From Treponemataceae bacterium (GTDB lineage Bacteria; Spirochaetota; Spirochaetia; Treponematales; Rectinemataceae): DNA of 17,009 nucleotides. Below the pieces are notes generated by a model that saw nothing but the letters and a program-made list of their open reading frames with translations, did not search any database and was not told the origin of the DNA. Positions within the stretch are counted from its first letter, which is position 1, and every line of letters starts with the position of its first letter. The stretch covers positions 1-17,009 of the forward strand of contig CAXXGJ010000013.1 in the NCBI GenBank assembly GCA_963677895.2. The letters run 5' to 3'. Both the position numbers and the translations under genes were made by a program. Below, piece after piece: positions 1-8,517 of this stretch.

Positions 1-401
1 TCGGCGGCGCCCAACCTGTCGTGTTCGGCGTCTCCCTGCCGCGGCGCCTTCTCGTCGCCTTTTATCATGAGGGCGAACTCCATGAGTTCAATTTTTCTAA
101 GTTCTGGACCGGATCCACGCAGCGGTTCGACTGCCCCGTGACCGACGAAAAGGTGGAATGGAATATCGACGCCTGGACGAGAAAGGCCAAAATAGAGATC
201 CGATTCTCCTGCCCGCGATCGACCATGCTGAACGTGAATTACGAAAATCCCGATGGGGACAAACGCCACAACGCCCTCTGGAACGGCGGTTTCGCCTCGG
301 GCTACGTGAAGCTCTCAAAAAAAACGTCTGCGGGCTGGGAGGAGATCGACACCTTCGACGGCGAATTGGGCGGCTGCGAATATGGGGAATACGACCGCTG
401 A
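1..401 (+). CDS. Tocopherol cyclase family protein, C-terminal part (5' truncated by window edge)
   Basis: The frame is open from position 3 (GGAQPVVFGVSLPRRLL...). The motifs EFNFSKFW, YENPDG-RHN-LWNGG and terminal GCEYGEY resemble bacterial tocopherol-cyclase-like proteins (recognition from memory, not searched). Confidence 0.6.
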   Translation, partial: GGAQPVVFGVSLPRRLLVAFYHEGELHEFNFSKFWTGSTQRFDCPVTDEKVEWNIDAWTRKAKIEIRFSCPRSTMLNVNYENPDGDKRHNALWNGGFASGYVKLSKKTSAGWEEIDTFDGELGGCEYGEYDR

Positions 402-427
402 TCCCAGCCGGCTTTCCGCCGGAAATG

Positions 428-895
428 TTATTCCGGTTTTCCAACCATCTCGAGAGCGCGATCCGATACGCCGAGAATCTTGTCCAGGTTCTCGGCTACC
501 ATGACGAACCCCGCGAGCTCCGATTCGGACAGCCCCGACGCGTAGGCTTTGACAAGTTGGTAACTTCTGTCCTCGATTTCCTTGATGAGTCTCCGCGCTT
601 TCGCGGAGAGGGATAATAGGACGGCGCGCCGGTCGGCTGGATCGGAGACGCGCGCCACGAGGTCTTCCGCCTCCAGGTGCTGAACGAGTCGGGTGGCCGA
701 GAAATGGGGGAGTTCGAGGACGGAAGCGACCTTGCCTATACGCAGGCCCGGATTGCGCCTGAGCAGCTGGAGCAGGCAGATCTCCTTGTAGCCCAAGCCG
801 AAATGGGTATAGAGGTCGCACTCGAAATGGTGGATCGCGCGGAGCGTGGCATAGAGCGCCGCGTCGACACGATCGCGTTCCGGAACCTTGGTCAG
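428..895 (-). CDS. MarR family transcriptional regulator (probable CTG start, about 155 aa)
   Basis: The wHTH segment IGKVASVLELPHFSATRLVQHLEAEDLVARVSDPADRRAVLLSLS contains the MarR DRR motif. The frame extends upstream of the 796 TTG to an in-frame TAA at 917-919. GGAGG lies 6 nt before CTG at 895-893. Confidence 0.85.
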   Translation of the reverse strand: MTKVPERDRVDAALYATLRAIHHFECDLYTHFGLGYKEICLLQLLRRNPGLRIGKVASVLELPHFSATRLVQHLEAEDLVARVSDPADRRAVLLSLSAKARRLIKEIEDRSYQLVKAYASGLSESELAGFVMVAENLDKILGVSDRALEMVGKPE

Positions 896-1371
896 ATGCC
901 GCCTCCGAGCGTTGCTTTACTATGCCGGATTTTTACGACAACCTTTCTGACTTCGCTTTTTCCGATTAGATCGCATGAAGGCATATGGGCGTCATGCGGA
1001 AAGAAAATCGCGAAATTATCAGGCTTGAGCGGAAAGGATCCGCCTTCTTTTCCCTCATAAAAACCAATATCTTTTTCTTCATTGAAGGATCCCGACGCGA
1101 CAAGAGCATCGAGGGGCGCGTAGTAGCATCTTTCTTCGCCCTGGATGAGGATCTGTATGTCTATATATTTTCTATGGGCTTCAAACGCAGCCTCGGGCAA
1201 CGTTTTCGTCGCGTACGACATGACGTTGACGATCACGTTATCTGTTTCGATAGGGTAGCTTCCGTCCGCCAGGATGGAAATATCGTTATCGAGAAGATAA
1301 TCGATGGCACAATCTATGTTTTTTGAAATTCCTTTATAAATTTTCAGCTTATCCAACTGGTCGAAGATCAT
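892..1371 (-). CDS. YhcH/YjgK/YiaL (NanQ/TabA-like) family protein
   Basis: MIFD start, FEAHRKYIDIQ and FAIFFPHDAHMP motifs and a KVVVKI end. GAGG sits before ATG 1371. Confidence 0.92.
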   Translation of the reverse strand: MIFDQLDKLKIYKGISKNIDCAIDYLLDNDISILADGSYPIETDNVIVNVMSYATKTLPEAAFEAHRKYIDIQILIQGEERCYYAPLDALVASGSFNEEKDIGFYEGKEGGSFPLKPDNFAIFFPHDAHMPSCDLIGKSEVRKVVVKIRHSKATLGGGI

Positions 1372-1438
1372 CGTAAACCTCATTAAGTATCAAGATAGAA
1401 TGATTATACTATATTCCCCGAAATCTTTTCGCATATAA

Positions 1439-2148
1439 CTATTTCGTGTCGTGAATTTTCAGATAATTCCGCGTCGAGACCTGCAGATGCTCGCGCATAA
1501 CCCGCTCGGCTTCATCGCCGTCGTTCTTTCGAAGAATTCCGAGCAGCTGTTTATGGTATTCAACGCCGCTCAAGTGACCTTCGGAAGGTATCAGCGCTTC
1601 GCGGATAATCGGTTTCAGCAAGCCGGTCATCGATTGGACGAAGGTGGCAAAATCGGGTTTTCGGAATACTGCGCGATGAGCGTATGGAACTGCAGGTCAT
1701 AATAAATTCGCTCTTCGGTGTTGTGCTGATTTTCGATCATTTTAACGATTGTTTCCTCGAGCGCGCCGAGCTGCTCCTCGCTCAGTCGATGCTGCGCCGC
1801 GAGGCGGCAGGCATAGGGCTCGAGGAGCAAGCGCATGTTGAATACATGCGTGTAATCGATGCAGTCCATCTGGATCATGCGCTTGATCACATCGATGAGG
1901 TTTTGGGTGCCGGGCTTGCAGGTATACGTTCCTCCGCCGGTGTGGGACTCGATCAGTTGCCTTTCCTTCAGGAGCTTCAGCGCTTCGCGTATCACCGGCC
2001 TGCTCACGCCGAAGTTGAGCGCGAGATCCTTTTCGGCGGGCAGCTTCTGCCCTGACTGGGCGGCATTCTGGATGATATAGTTTTCTATTTTCGCGGCGAC
2101 ATCTTCGTAGAGATTTCTCTTTTCAACCCGATAATCAATTTTATCCAT
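1439..2148 (-). pseudogene. FadR/GntR family regulator split by a 1-bp frameshift (or sequencing error)
   Basis: ORF 1627-2148 carries the GntR HTH (LPAEKDLALNFGVSRPVIREALK) and most of the FCD domain (DLQFHTLIAQYSENPIL). ORF 1439-1630 carries the FCD end (EYHKQLL...AERVMREHL). Adding one base near 1648 restores ENPIL-ATFVQS-MTGLL. Confidence 0.85.
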
Positions 2149-2181
2149 CGTCAAACCTCATTTTCCCTGAATCGTACAATA

Positions 2182-3471
2182 CTACATTTTGCCGAGCAAC
2201 CGCGGAACCCAAAGCACGACATCGGGAATGTACGTCACTACCAGCAAGACCGCGACTTCGGCGAAGATCATGGGGGCGATTTCCCTTATGATCACTTTCA
2301 TCTTCTCGCCGGAAATGCCGGTAACGATAAACAGAAGCATTCCATAGGGAGGAGTGCAGAGCCCGATCATCGTATTGAGCGTGAAAATCACGCCGAAATG
2401 CACCATGTCGATGCCGAGCTGCCTGGCGATGGGAACGAGAATCGGCAAGAGCACCAGCTGCAGCACCGCGGAATCGACGAACATTCCCAATATGAAAAGT
2501 ACGACATTGGTGAGGAGCAGGAAAGAGCCCCTCGTCGAAGCTATGGAAATGATGAGCTGGCCCGCGAGCTGCGGAAGCCTTTCCACGGAAATGATGTAGG
2601 AGAATACATAGGCCGAACCGAGCACGAGGCCGATTTGGCCCGTGGACTTTACGGTGTCTTTCAGCACCTGCAGCATCTGGCGCGGCCCCAGCGTCCTGTA
2701 GAATACGATGGCGATGATCATCGCGTAGAAACCGGCCACGGCGGCGGCTTCGGTGGCGGTCATCACTCCGGTATAGATGCCCACGAGAAGGATCACAGGC
2801 GTCAACAGCGCGGGGAAAGCGCTGAAAATCATGCCGAAAAATTGGCTGATCGTGTATTTGATGCCCTTCGGGTAATTGCGCTTCCTCGCGATGTAGGCGA
2901 CGTATATGCAGAGCGCGATGGCGAGCAGTATCCCGGGCACCATACCGGCCAGGAAGAGACTTCCAATCGACGCTCCCGCGATCACGCCGTATATAACAAG
3001 CGGAATCGAAGGCGGAAAGATCGGCCCTATGACGGCGGAGGCCGCGGTGATCGCGGCGCTGAAGCCATCGTCGTAGCCTTCTTTGCGCATGGCATCGATT
3101 TCCATAATGCCGAGCCCAGAGGCATCGGCGACGGCCGAACCGCTCATGCCGCTGAAAATCAACGACGCGAGCACGTTGACGTGCCCCAGGCCGCCTCGCC
3201 ATCTGCCGACGAGGACATTGGCAAAGCCGAATATCTTGTCGGTGATCTTCGAGGAATTCATGAGGTTGGCGGCGAAAATGAACAGAGGAACCGCGATGAG
3301 GATGAAATTATTGAACATCTTGGCCGAGAATATTTCCACCACGATGCTCATATCCATGCCTTTGAACATTAGGTAGGATGTCGCGCTGATGAGCATGCCG
3401 ATTCCGATCGGCATTTTGACGATGAAGGCGATCACCAGAAGCGAAAGCGCGATGATTATCTGATAGCTCAT
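2182..3471 (-). CDS. dctM: TRAP transporter large permease (DctM)
   Basis: 429-aa hydrophobic protein with the motifs AVPLFIFAANLM, FSGMSGSAVADA, PIFPPSIPLVIYG and GLCTPPYG. Confidence 0.96.
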   Translation of the reverse strand: MSYQIIIALSLLVIAFIVKMPIGIGMLISATSYLMFKGMDMSIVVEIFSAKMFNNFILIAVPLFIFAANLMNSSKITDKIFGFANVLVGRWRGGLGHVNVLASLIFSGMSGSAVADASGLGIMEIDAMRKEGYDDGFSAAITAASAVIGPIFPPSIPLVIYGVIAGASIGSLFLAGMVPGILLAIALCIYVAYIARKRNYPKGIKYTISQFFGMIFSAFPALLTPVILLVGIYTGVMTATEAAAVAGFYAMIIAIVFYRTLGPRQMLQVLKDTVKSTGQIGLVLGSAYVFSYIISVERLPQLAGQLIISIASTRGSFLLLTNVVLFILGMFVDSAVLQLVLLPILVPIARQLGIDMVHFGVIFTLNTMIGLCTPPYGMLLFIVTGISGEKMKVIIREIAPMIFAEVAVLLVVTYIPDVVLWVPRLLGKM

Positions 3472-3977
3472 ACCTGTGCCTCCACATCTCCGTTTTCTGT
3501 AGGATTCTTTTTAAGGCACTTCACGAGCCTGAAAACGCTGCGGCAAATAGTGATGACGACAAAAGGAACGAAGGCGAAATAGATGATGCCCAGCGGGAAG
3601 TTGAATACCGCGCTGTAGCGTTTCATATAGAATTTGTAGAACAGGAATGTCGCGGGTATCGGGATGCAGAAGAAAACGATGGTGAGTGAATAGTTGATAA
3701 TATCGAAGGCTTTCCTGACTTTTGGCGAGGCCGACTCATAGGCTATCGAAAACACGATGTGTTCATCGGTGCGGGACGCGTAGCAGGCGCCAAGCAAAAT
3801 CGTCCAAAGATAGCCGAACTGCGAAAGCTCGTAGGGCCATACCAGAGGATGCCTGAAAACATAGCGCGACACGATCTGCAGTATGAAGGAAAGGAATAGC
3901 GCGACGAACGCGGCTACGGGAATATATATCTCCAGGATATCAAGAAACAGGTGGAATAATTTCTTCGGTTTTGCCAT
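3468..3977 (-). CDS. dctQ: TRAP transporter small permease (DctQ)
   Basis: 169 aa with about 4 TM segments and the motif QIVSRYVFRHPLVWPYEL...HI. It lies between dctP and dctM, with an ATGA overlap with dctM. Confidence 0.93.
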   Translation of the reverse strand: MAKPKKLFHLFLDILEIYIPVAAFVALFLSFILQIVSRYVFRHPLVWPYELSQFGYLWTILLGACYASRTDEHIVFSIAYESASPKVRKAFDIINYSLTIVFFCIPIPATFLFYKFYMKRYSAVFNFPLGIIYFAFVPFVVITICRSVFRLVKCLKKNPTENGDVEAQV

Positions 3978-3992
3978 TCTACGCTCCTCGGG

Positions 3993-4023
3993 AAAAGGGA
4001 GAGCCGGAAATCCGGCTCTCCCT
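3993..4023 (-). terminator. Stem-loop after dctP (intrinsic terminator/attenuator or mRNA-stabilising hairpin)
   Basis: Perfect inverted repeat AGGGAGAGCCGGA-AA-TCCGGCTCTCCCT (3996-4023), followed on the minus strand by a short T run. Confidence 0.7.
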
Positions 4024-4034
4024 AGACATCTTGC

Positions 4035-5039
4035 TCAGTACTCGAGATTCTTGATCTTGTTGTAGAGATCCAGGTCCCAATCTTTCGTCATCTGTTTGTT
4101 GCTCAAATACGCTTTCTCCGTCGCCGTCATGAAAGCCTTGACGTCGGGGGTGATAATCTTCAGGCCTTTCGAGCGGAAGAATTCCAGATCGTTCTTTTCG
4201 CTTTCAAGATTGGCGGCATCATTCCAGGCCGTGATTTCCTTGATCGCCTTGGTCATTATCTGACGTTGATCGGCGCTGAGCGACTGCCATTTTTTCTCGT
4301 TGATGGCCACGCACATCGGTTCGATCACATGACCCGTCAGGACGATGGAGCTCGTGACTTCGTACCATTTCTGGGCTCTCGTCGTCGGGAGCGGATTGTC
4401 CTGACCGTCGATGGCGCCGGTCTGGAGCCCCTGATACACTTCGGCGAAAGCCATGGGGGTGGGGTTGGCGCCGAGAGCACGGCCCATGAACAGCCAGGCC
4501 GCCGAATTGGGCATTCGAAGGTTCACTCCCGCCAGATCGGCCGGCGTCTTGATATCGCGCCCGATATTGCGCATATCGAGATTCCTGGAACCGCAGTAAA
4601 GCGCTGTGAGCCATCGGACATTAAGTTTCTTGGCTACGTCCTCGGCGACCGTCTGTCCGATCGGTCCATCCATCACGGCGCGCATATGCTTCTGGTTTTT
4701 GAAAATGTATGCCGCGGTGAACATGTTGAGGTAGGGAAGCTGGTTCGAAATAAGGAAAGGAGAGCTGAACATCATATCGAGCGTGCCGCGCGCCACGGCG
4801 TCCACTTCGCCTTCCTGGGTCATCAGGCTGCCGTTGTCGTGAATTTCCAGCAGCAGGCTGCCTTTGGAAGCGCTCTCCACTTTTTCCTTGAGCATATACA
4901 TCGCCTTGACATAGTTCACGTCGGCCGACGCTTGCGTGGAGAAAACGATTTTCGTGGGCTGATTCCCCGCGGCGAATGCGGGCATCGCCATCAACGCGGC
5001 GGCAAATACGCAGATCAGAACCTTGCTGATTTTTCTCAT
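4035..5039 (-). CDS. dctP: TRAP substrate-binding protein (DctP/SiaP-like)
   Basis: Signal peptide ending in AFA, LRMPNS with the conserved carboxylate-binding Arg, and LGANPTPMAFAEVYQGLQTGAIDGQDNP. Confidence 0.95.
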   Translation of the reverse strand: MRKISKVLICVFAAALMAMPAFAAGNQPTKIVFSTQASADVNYVKAMYMLKEKVESASKGSLLLEIHDNGSLMTQEGEVDAVARGTLDMMFSSPFLISNQLPYLNMFTAAYIFKNQKHMRAVMDGPIGQTVAEDVAKKLNVRWLTALYCGSRNLDMRNIGRDIKTPADLAGVNLRMPNSAAWLFMGRALGANPTPMAFAEVYQGLQTGAIDGQDNPLPTTRAQKWYEVTSSIVLTGHVIEPMCVAINEKKWQSLSADQRQIMTKAIKEITAWNDAANLESEKNDLEFFRSKGLKIITPDVKAFMTATEKAYLSNKQMTKDWDLDLYNKIKNLEY

Positions 5040-5061
5040 AGGTAATTCCTCCCCTATTATT

Positions 5062-5841
5062 TCAGAGCCTATGGCCCTGTATTTCCCTTAAAATGCCGCG
5101 GACCTTGCGAGCTCCGCTCATTATGTGCAGATAGTCCGTTCCGGCGCTGATGAAGTTGATACCCTTGTCGTGCCAGTAGCGAAGCACTTCGGGATCGTCG
5201 CTTCCGGTCGATACGCCGACCGATTTTCCGGCCTTCTTCAATATCGCGACGGCGCGATCGATCAGGTCGCTCGTGTTCGGGTCGAACACCCTGTTGAGTT
5301 CGCCGATAGAACCCGAGAGATCGCAGGGCCCGAATATGAAGCAGTCGATCCAGGGGTTCTTTGCCATCTCCTCGAGATTGTCGACCGCGAGCTTGCTCTC
5401 GATCTGAACGCATCTGACCATGTCGAGGCTGCCTTTGCGAATGTATTCGTCGGCGTCATCGAAGCCGTAGCGGACAGCCCTCATCGGACCAAATCCGCGG
5501 TTTCCGTACGGAGGATAGAGCGTGCTTTTCATTGCCTTGTCGAGTTCCTCGGCGTTGTTCACGACGGGGAATATCAATCCGGTCGGGCCCATCTCCAGGA
5601 CTCTTTTCGCCAGGATCGCGTCGTTCCAGGGAATGCGGACGAGGGAGTTCACCCCCGCCGCCTTTGCCGCGATGATATGCTCGAGAAGAATATGATAGTC
5701 GATAGCGGCATGTTCCGTATCAATCCAGATGAAGTCATAATCGGCGTATCCGCAGAGCTCGGTTATGCAGCTGTCCGCGAGCGATACATGCATGCCGGCC
5801 AAAGGTTCGCGCTTTCTGAGCTGCTCTTTTAGCTGCGTCAT
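5062..5841 (-). CDS. HpcH/HpaI class II pyruvate aldolase (GarL/RhmA-like)
   Basis: Motifs DFIWIDTEH, LVRIPWND, YPPYGNRGFGP, VQIES and FIFGPCDLS. RBS AAGGAGAG. Confidence 0.93.
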   Translation of the reverse strand: MTQLKEQLRKREPLAGMHVSLADSCITELCGYADYDFIWIDTEHAAIDYHILLEHIIAAKAAGVNSLVRIPWNDAILAKRVLEMGPTGLIFPVVNNAEELDKAMKSTLYPPYGNRGFGPMRAVRYGFDDADEYIRKGSLDMVRCVQIESKLAVDNLEEMAKNPWIDCFIFGPCDLSGSIGELNRVFDPNTSDLIDRAVAILKKAGKSVGVSTGSDDPEVLRYWHDKGINFISAGTDYLHIMSGARKVRGILREIQGHRL

Positions 5842-5884
5842 CAATAGTCTCTCCTTTCCAAACGGGATGAAAAGCTGTAAAGCT

Positions 5885-5928
5885 GTATTACAGGTTTGAT
5901 TGTAATACCCATTTTTAAATTCTGTAAA
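5885..5928 (-). promoter_or_regulatory. Putative sigma70 promoter with overlapping inverted-repeat operator (candidate FadR/GntR site)
   Basis: TTTACA (5928-5923), 18-nt spacer, TACAAT (5904-5899) on the minus strand. The perfect IR GTATTACA-N8-TGTAATAC (5885-5908) overlaps the -10. Confidence 0.6.
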
Positions 5929-5961
5929 GGGAAAATCGAATTTTTTTAGTGGACGAGCCAG

Positions 5962-6597
5962 TCAGCCTTGGCTATGAGGCAGCATTTTGGCGTACAGGCG
6001 TGGCGCAGGCGAAAGATCAACGCAGACGATCGAAAGGCCGGCGCCCAAAGCTCCCGCGACCATTCCCCCCAGGATATCGGAAGGATAGTGAACCATCAGG
6101 TAGCAGCGGGAGGTGCCCATGAGGATGACAATTCCGAAGAAAAGCCAGCTCGCTTTTTTGTTTCCCTTGAAGAATAGGACGGTCATCGCCGCCATTGTCG
6201 CGGTGGCGTGGCCCGAGGGGAATGAGAATCCGTCCTCGGCGGGCGAGCCGACGAAGATCCACCATTCGCGGTAAAGAGAGCCCGCCGCGTCAAGGAAGGG
6301 CCTGGAGCGGCCGATCAAATCCTTCAATAGAATATTGGTAACGAGGGCGCCAAATACGACAGCGCCGAAAACGCAGGCCCCCGTTTTCCTCGTCTTCTTG
6401 AAGCCTAATAGAACAATCCCCAGAAGGAACATGCCGGCGCCCTTTTCCGCGACCATGCTTACCGCCTCGAAGATGCCGGTAAACCTCCCGTCGGTCATCC
6501 GGGCGAAGTCGTGAAGCGCGCGAAGAATGCCGCCGTCGAAACCCGAAAACGCGTCATTGAGCCATTGAGCGATGCCAGATACATCCATACAATCCAT
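5962..6597 (-). CDS. PAP2 family membrane phosphatase (undecaprenyl-diphosphatase-like)
   Basis: PAP2 motifs KxxxxRxRP (LKDLIGRSRP), SFPSGH and SRCYLMVHYPSD. The start could be 6588. Confidence 0.93.
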   Translation of the reverse strand: MDCMDVSGIAQWLNDAFSGFDGGILRALHDFARMTDGRFTGIFEAVSMVAEKGAGMFLLGIVLLGFKKTRKTGACVFGAVVFGALVTNILLKDLIGRSRPFLDAAGSLYREWWIFVGSPAEDGFSFPSGHATATMAAMTVLFFKGNKKASWLFFGIVILMGTSRCYLMVHYPSDILGGMVAGALGAGLSIVCVDLSPAPRLYAKMLPHSQG

Positions 6598-6753
6598 CCT
6601 TTCTCGAAACCGAATTTGCGGCTTCCTGGAAGCCTGGCAGAGTATGGCTCTCGCTCGGCCTCGATTTCGAGAAACGATTCGTCACCTTGGGCGACAGGAG
6701 AGGGTATTTTGCGACACTTTTCGTGTCATCGGTGATATTCGCCCTGAGTTCCG

Positions 6754-7365
6754 CTATTTTTTCAAGGATTTCCTCAGGAGGAGGAGGAGCTTCGATAGAA
6801 GGAGGAGTATCGAGAAGAGGGCGATATAGGGCTCTCTCGTCATCGTAAAGAAGAGAACCGCCAGGGTATGGAGAAAGATAGAAGCGCGCCGGCCGTAGAC
6901 GAGCGCCTTTTTGTCGTCGAAGAACTGGGCGGCAATCTCCACCGCTCCCAGGAGCGCGAGCATCGCCAGATGAATAAAAAAGACAGCCTTGATGGATGGA
7001 GAGGATGAATACCTGATCAGGCTGACGGTGCGGATGTACCCGCCATCGTTCTGGCTGTACAGGGGCAGGAAGATCAGGGCCAGCGCCAGTAGGTCAAGGA
7101 CGCCGAATACAAGGCTGTAGACCTTATCCAGACCAGCGGCGTTATCGCTCTCGGCGATAGTGATGAGTTCCTCGCCCGAAAGAAGGTCATCGATGGGGAC
7201 CTGAAAAACCTTGGAAATGTTCTTGAGCGCCTCTATGTTGGGGAATCCCCTGCCGCTCTCCCATTTCGACACGGCGGTCCTGGATATATTGAGCTTTTCG
7301 GCCAGCTGTTCCTGAGTCAAGCCGCTCTTCTTTCTGAAGAACTGCAGTTTTTCGTTGAATTCCAC
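6754..7365 (-). CDS. XRE/Cro-C1 HTH regulator with C-terminal transmembrane domain
   Basis: LTQEQLAEKLNISRTAVSKWESGRGFPNIEAL followed by about 4 hydrophobic segments. A GTG start at 7365 is likely (VEFNEKLQ). Confidence 0.9.
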   Translation of the reverse strand: MEFNEKLQFFRKKSGLTQEQLAEKLNISRTAVSKWESGRGFPNIEALKNISKVFQVPIDDLLSGEELITIAESDNAAGLDKVYSLVFGVLDLLALALIFLPLYSQNDGGYIRTVSLIRYSSSPSIKAVFFIHLAMLALLGAVEIAAQFFDDKKALVYGRRASIFLHTLAVLFFTMTREPYIALFSILLLLSKLLLLLRKSLKK

Positions 7366-7481
7366 GCTTCCCCCGCTCCGCGCACTCACGGACTTTCATC
7401 TTACCAAAACGTATGCCGAGTATTCTACTCTCGTATCAGGTTTTTATTGAGATCGCGCATTTTGCTGTCGATGTTTTGTCT

Positions 7482-7913
7482 ATGAAAATACTTAGGATCG
7501 CGGTGATAGCGCTGCATTTCTTTGTCGGCATGTTAGGCTTGTTGGGCGGATACGCGGCGGCATCGACGCCGGCGGGACCGTTTGGAATCTCGACGGATAT
7601 CTTGCGGAATGGCCCATTCCGCGATTTCTTTATTCCCGGACTGACGCTGCTCATCGTGATCGGGGTCGGGCACATAGCGACGGGAATAATTGTCTGGAAA
7701 AACGCGCGATTCGCCCCCTACATTCAGGGAGTGATGGCCGCCGTCACGCTTGGCTGGATCGTCATCCAGTGCTGGGTAATGGAAGAAATAAACGCCATGC
7801 ATATCGCGATATTCGCGATAGGAGCGGCGCAAGGCCTGTACGCCTTGTCCGTCGTCATGAAGCGGAAGATATTTCCCGCGAACATAATCCTGAAAATGCT
7901 GGGGAAAGCCTAA
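7482..7913 (+). CDS. Hypothetical 4-TM membrane protein
   Basis: Four hydrophobic stretches and the motif L-xx-PF-DF-IPGL-L seen in a conserved hypothetical membrane family. ATG 7482 is preferred over 7413 because it gives an MKILR N-terminus directly before TM1. Confidence 0.75.
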   Translation: MKILRIAVIALHFFVGMLGLLGGYAAASTPAGPFGISTDILRNGPFRDFFIPGLTLLIVIGVGHIATGIIVWKNARFAPYIQGVMAAVTLGWIVIQCWVMEEINAMHIAIFAIGAAQGLYALSVVMKRKIFPANIILKMLGKA

Positions 7914-7919
7914 GCGAAA

Positions 7920-8468
7920 TTACTTTCCTCGAATACCAACGTCGAGGTCGTACATAAGCCGGTCGAGACGCTTTCCCTTTCCGGGGTCCCTGGCGGGCAT
8001 ATGGAGAAGAATTTCCCGCGCTTCCCGTGGGACGCGCTCTATAGCCCAGCTGATCTCCCTGTCGCCTATGTTCGTATCCTCGGGATGGCTGAGTTCCAGG
8101 GCGAGCGCCGCATAGGCCGCCGGGCCGAGAATGTGCTTTGTCTGTTGGATATCAGCCAGGGGATGGGTGTAGGCGCTCGACGCCGCGAGGCATGCCGCAT
8201 TAGCGGCGGCCGATGCGGCCGGATCGCTCGATTCCCTGGCTGCGGCAAAGGCCGCCAGGGCGAGGGTACGCAGCTTTGCGGTCCTGGCGCCCCCGGCCGC
8301 GAATGTCCTGATTCCCTCAATGGCTTCGCGAGGGCGCGGATCCTCACCCGAATACGTTTCGTATATACCCAAGGCCCTCTCCGCGCAGTCCGCCTCCCAG
8401 CTGCCGAGCGCCCGCAGGGAATCGAGGCTTAGGGGGAAGTATTTGGATTCAGAAGAAACAGGTGCCAT
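7920..8468 (-). CDS. Imm5-like putative immunity protein (Ala-rich helical)
   Basis: W-ADCAERAL, DPRPREAIE and AAASAAANAA...AYTHP...HILGPAAYAA match my recollection of the Imm-5-like family. Confidence 0.7.
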   Translation of the reverse strand: MAPVSSESKYFPLSLDSLRALGSWEADCAERALGIYETYSGEDPRPREAIEGIRTFAAGGARTAKLRTLALAAFAAARESSDPAASAAANAACLAASSAYTHPLADIQQTKHILGPAAYAALALELSHPEDTNIGDREISWAIERVPREAREILLHMPARDPGKGKRLDRLMYDLDVGIRGK

Positions 8469-8490
8469 GTTTTCTCTCTTTCCTCAGTAA

Positions 8491-8516
8491 GTATAGGGTT
8501 GAAGCATCCGTCAGGT
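8491..8516 (-). repeat. Degenerate half attC (R'' and L'' only)
   Basis: The minus strand reads ACCTGAC-GGATG-CTTCAACC-CTATA directly after the S41 stop. This has the same L'' (CTTCAACC) and 5-nt spacer as the intact sites, but AAC has become GAC and the other arm is absent. Confidence 0.65.
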
Positions 8517-8517
8517 T

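Noticed and set aside
408..422. Hairpin CCGGC-TTTCC-GCCGG between convergent genes
   Set aside because: The stem is only 5 bp with no clear U tract, too weak to call a terminator.
2141..5832. Overlapping ORFs 2141-3202, 2398-3372, 4266-5045 and 5125-5832
   Set aside because: These are shadows of dctM, dctP and the aldolase, with Arg/His-rich composition that does not look protein-like.
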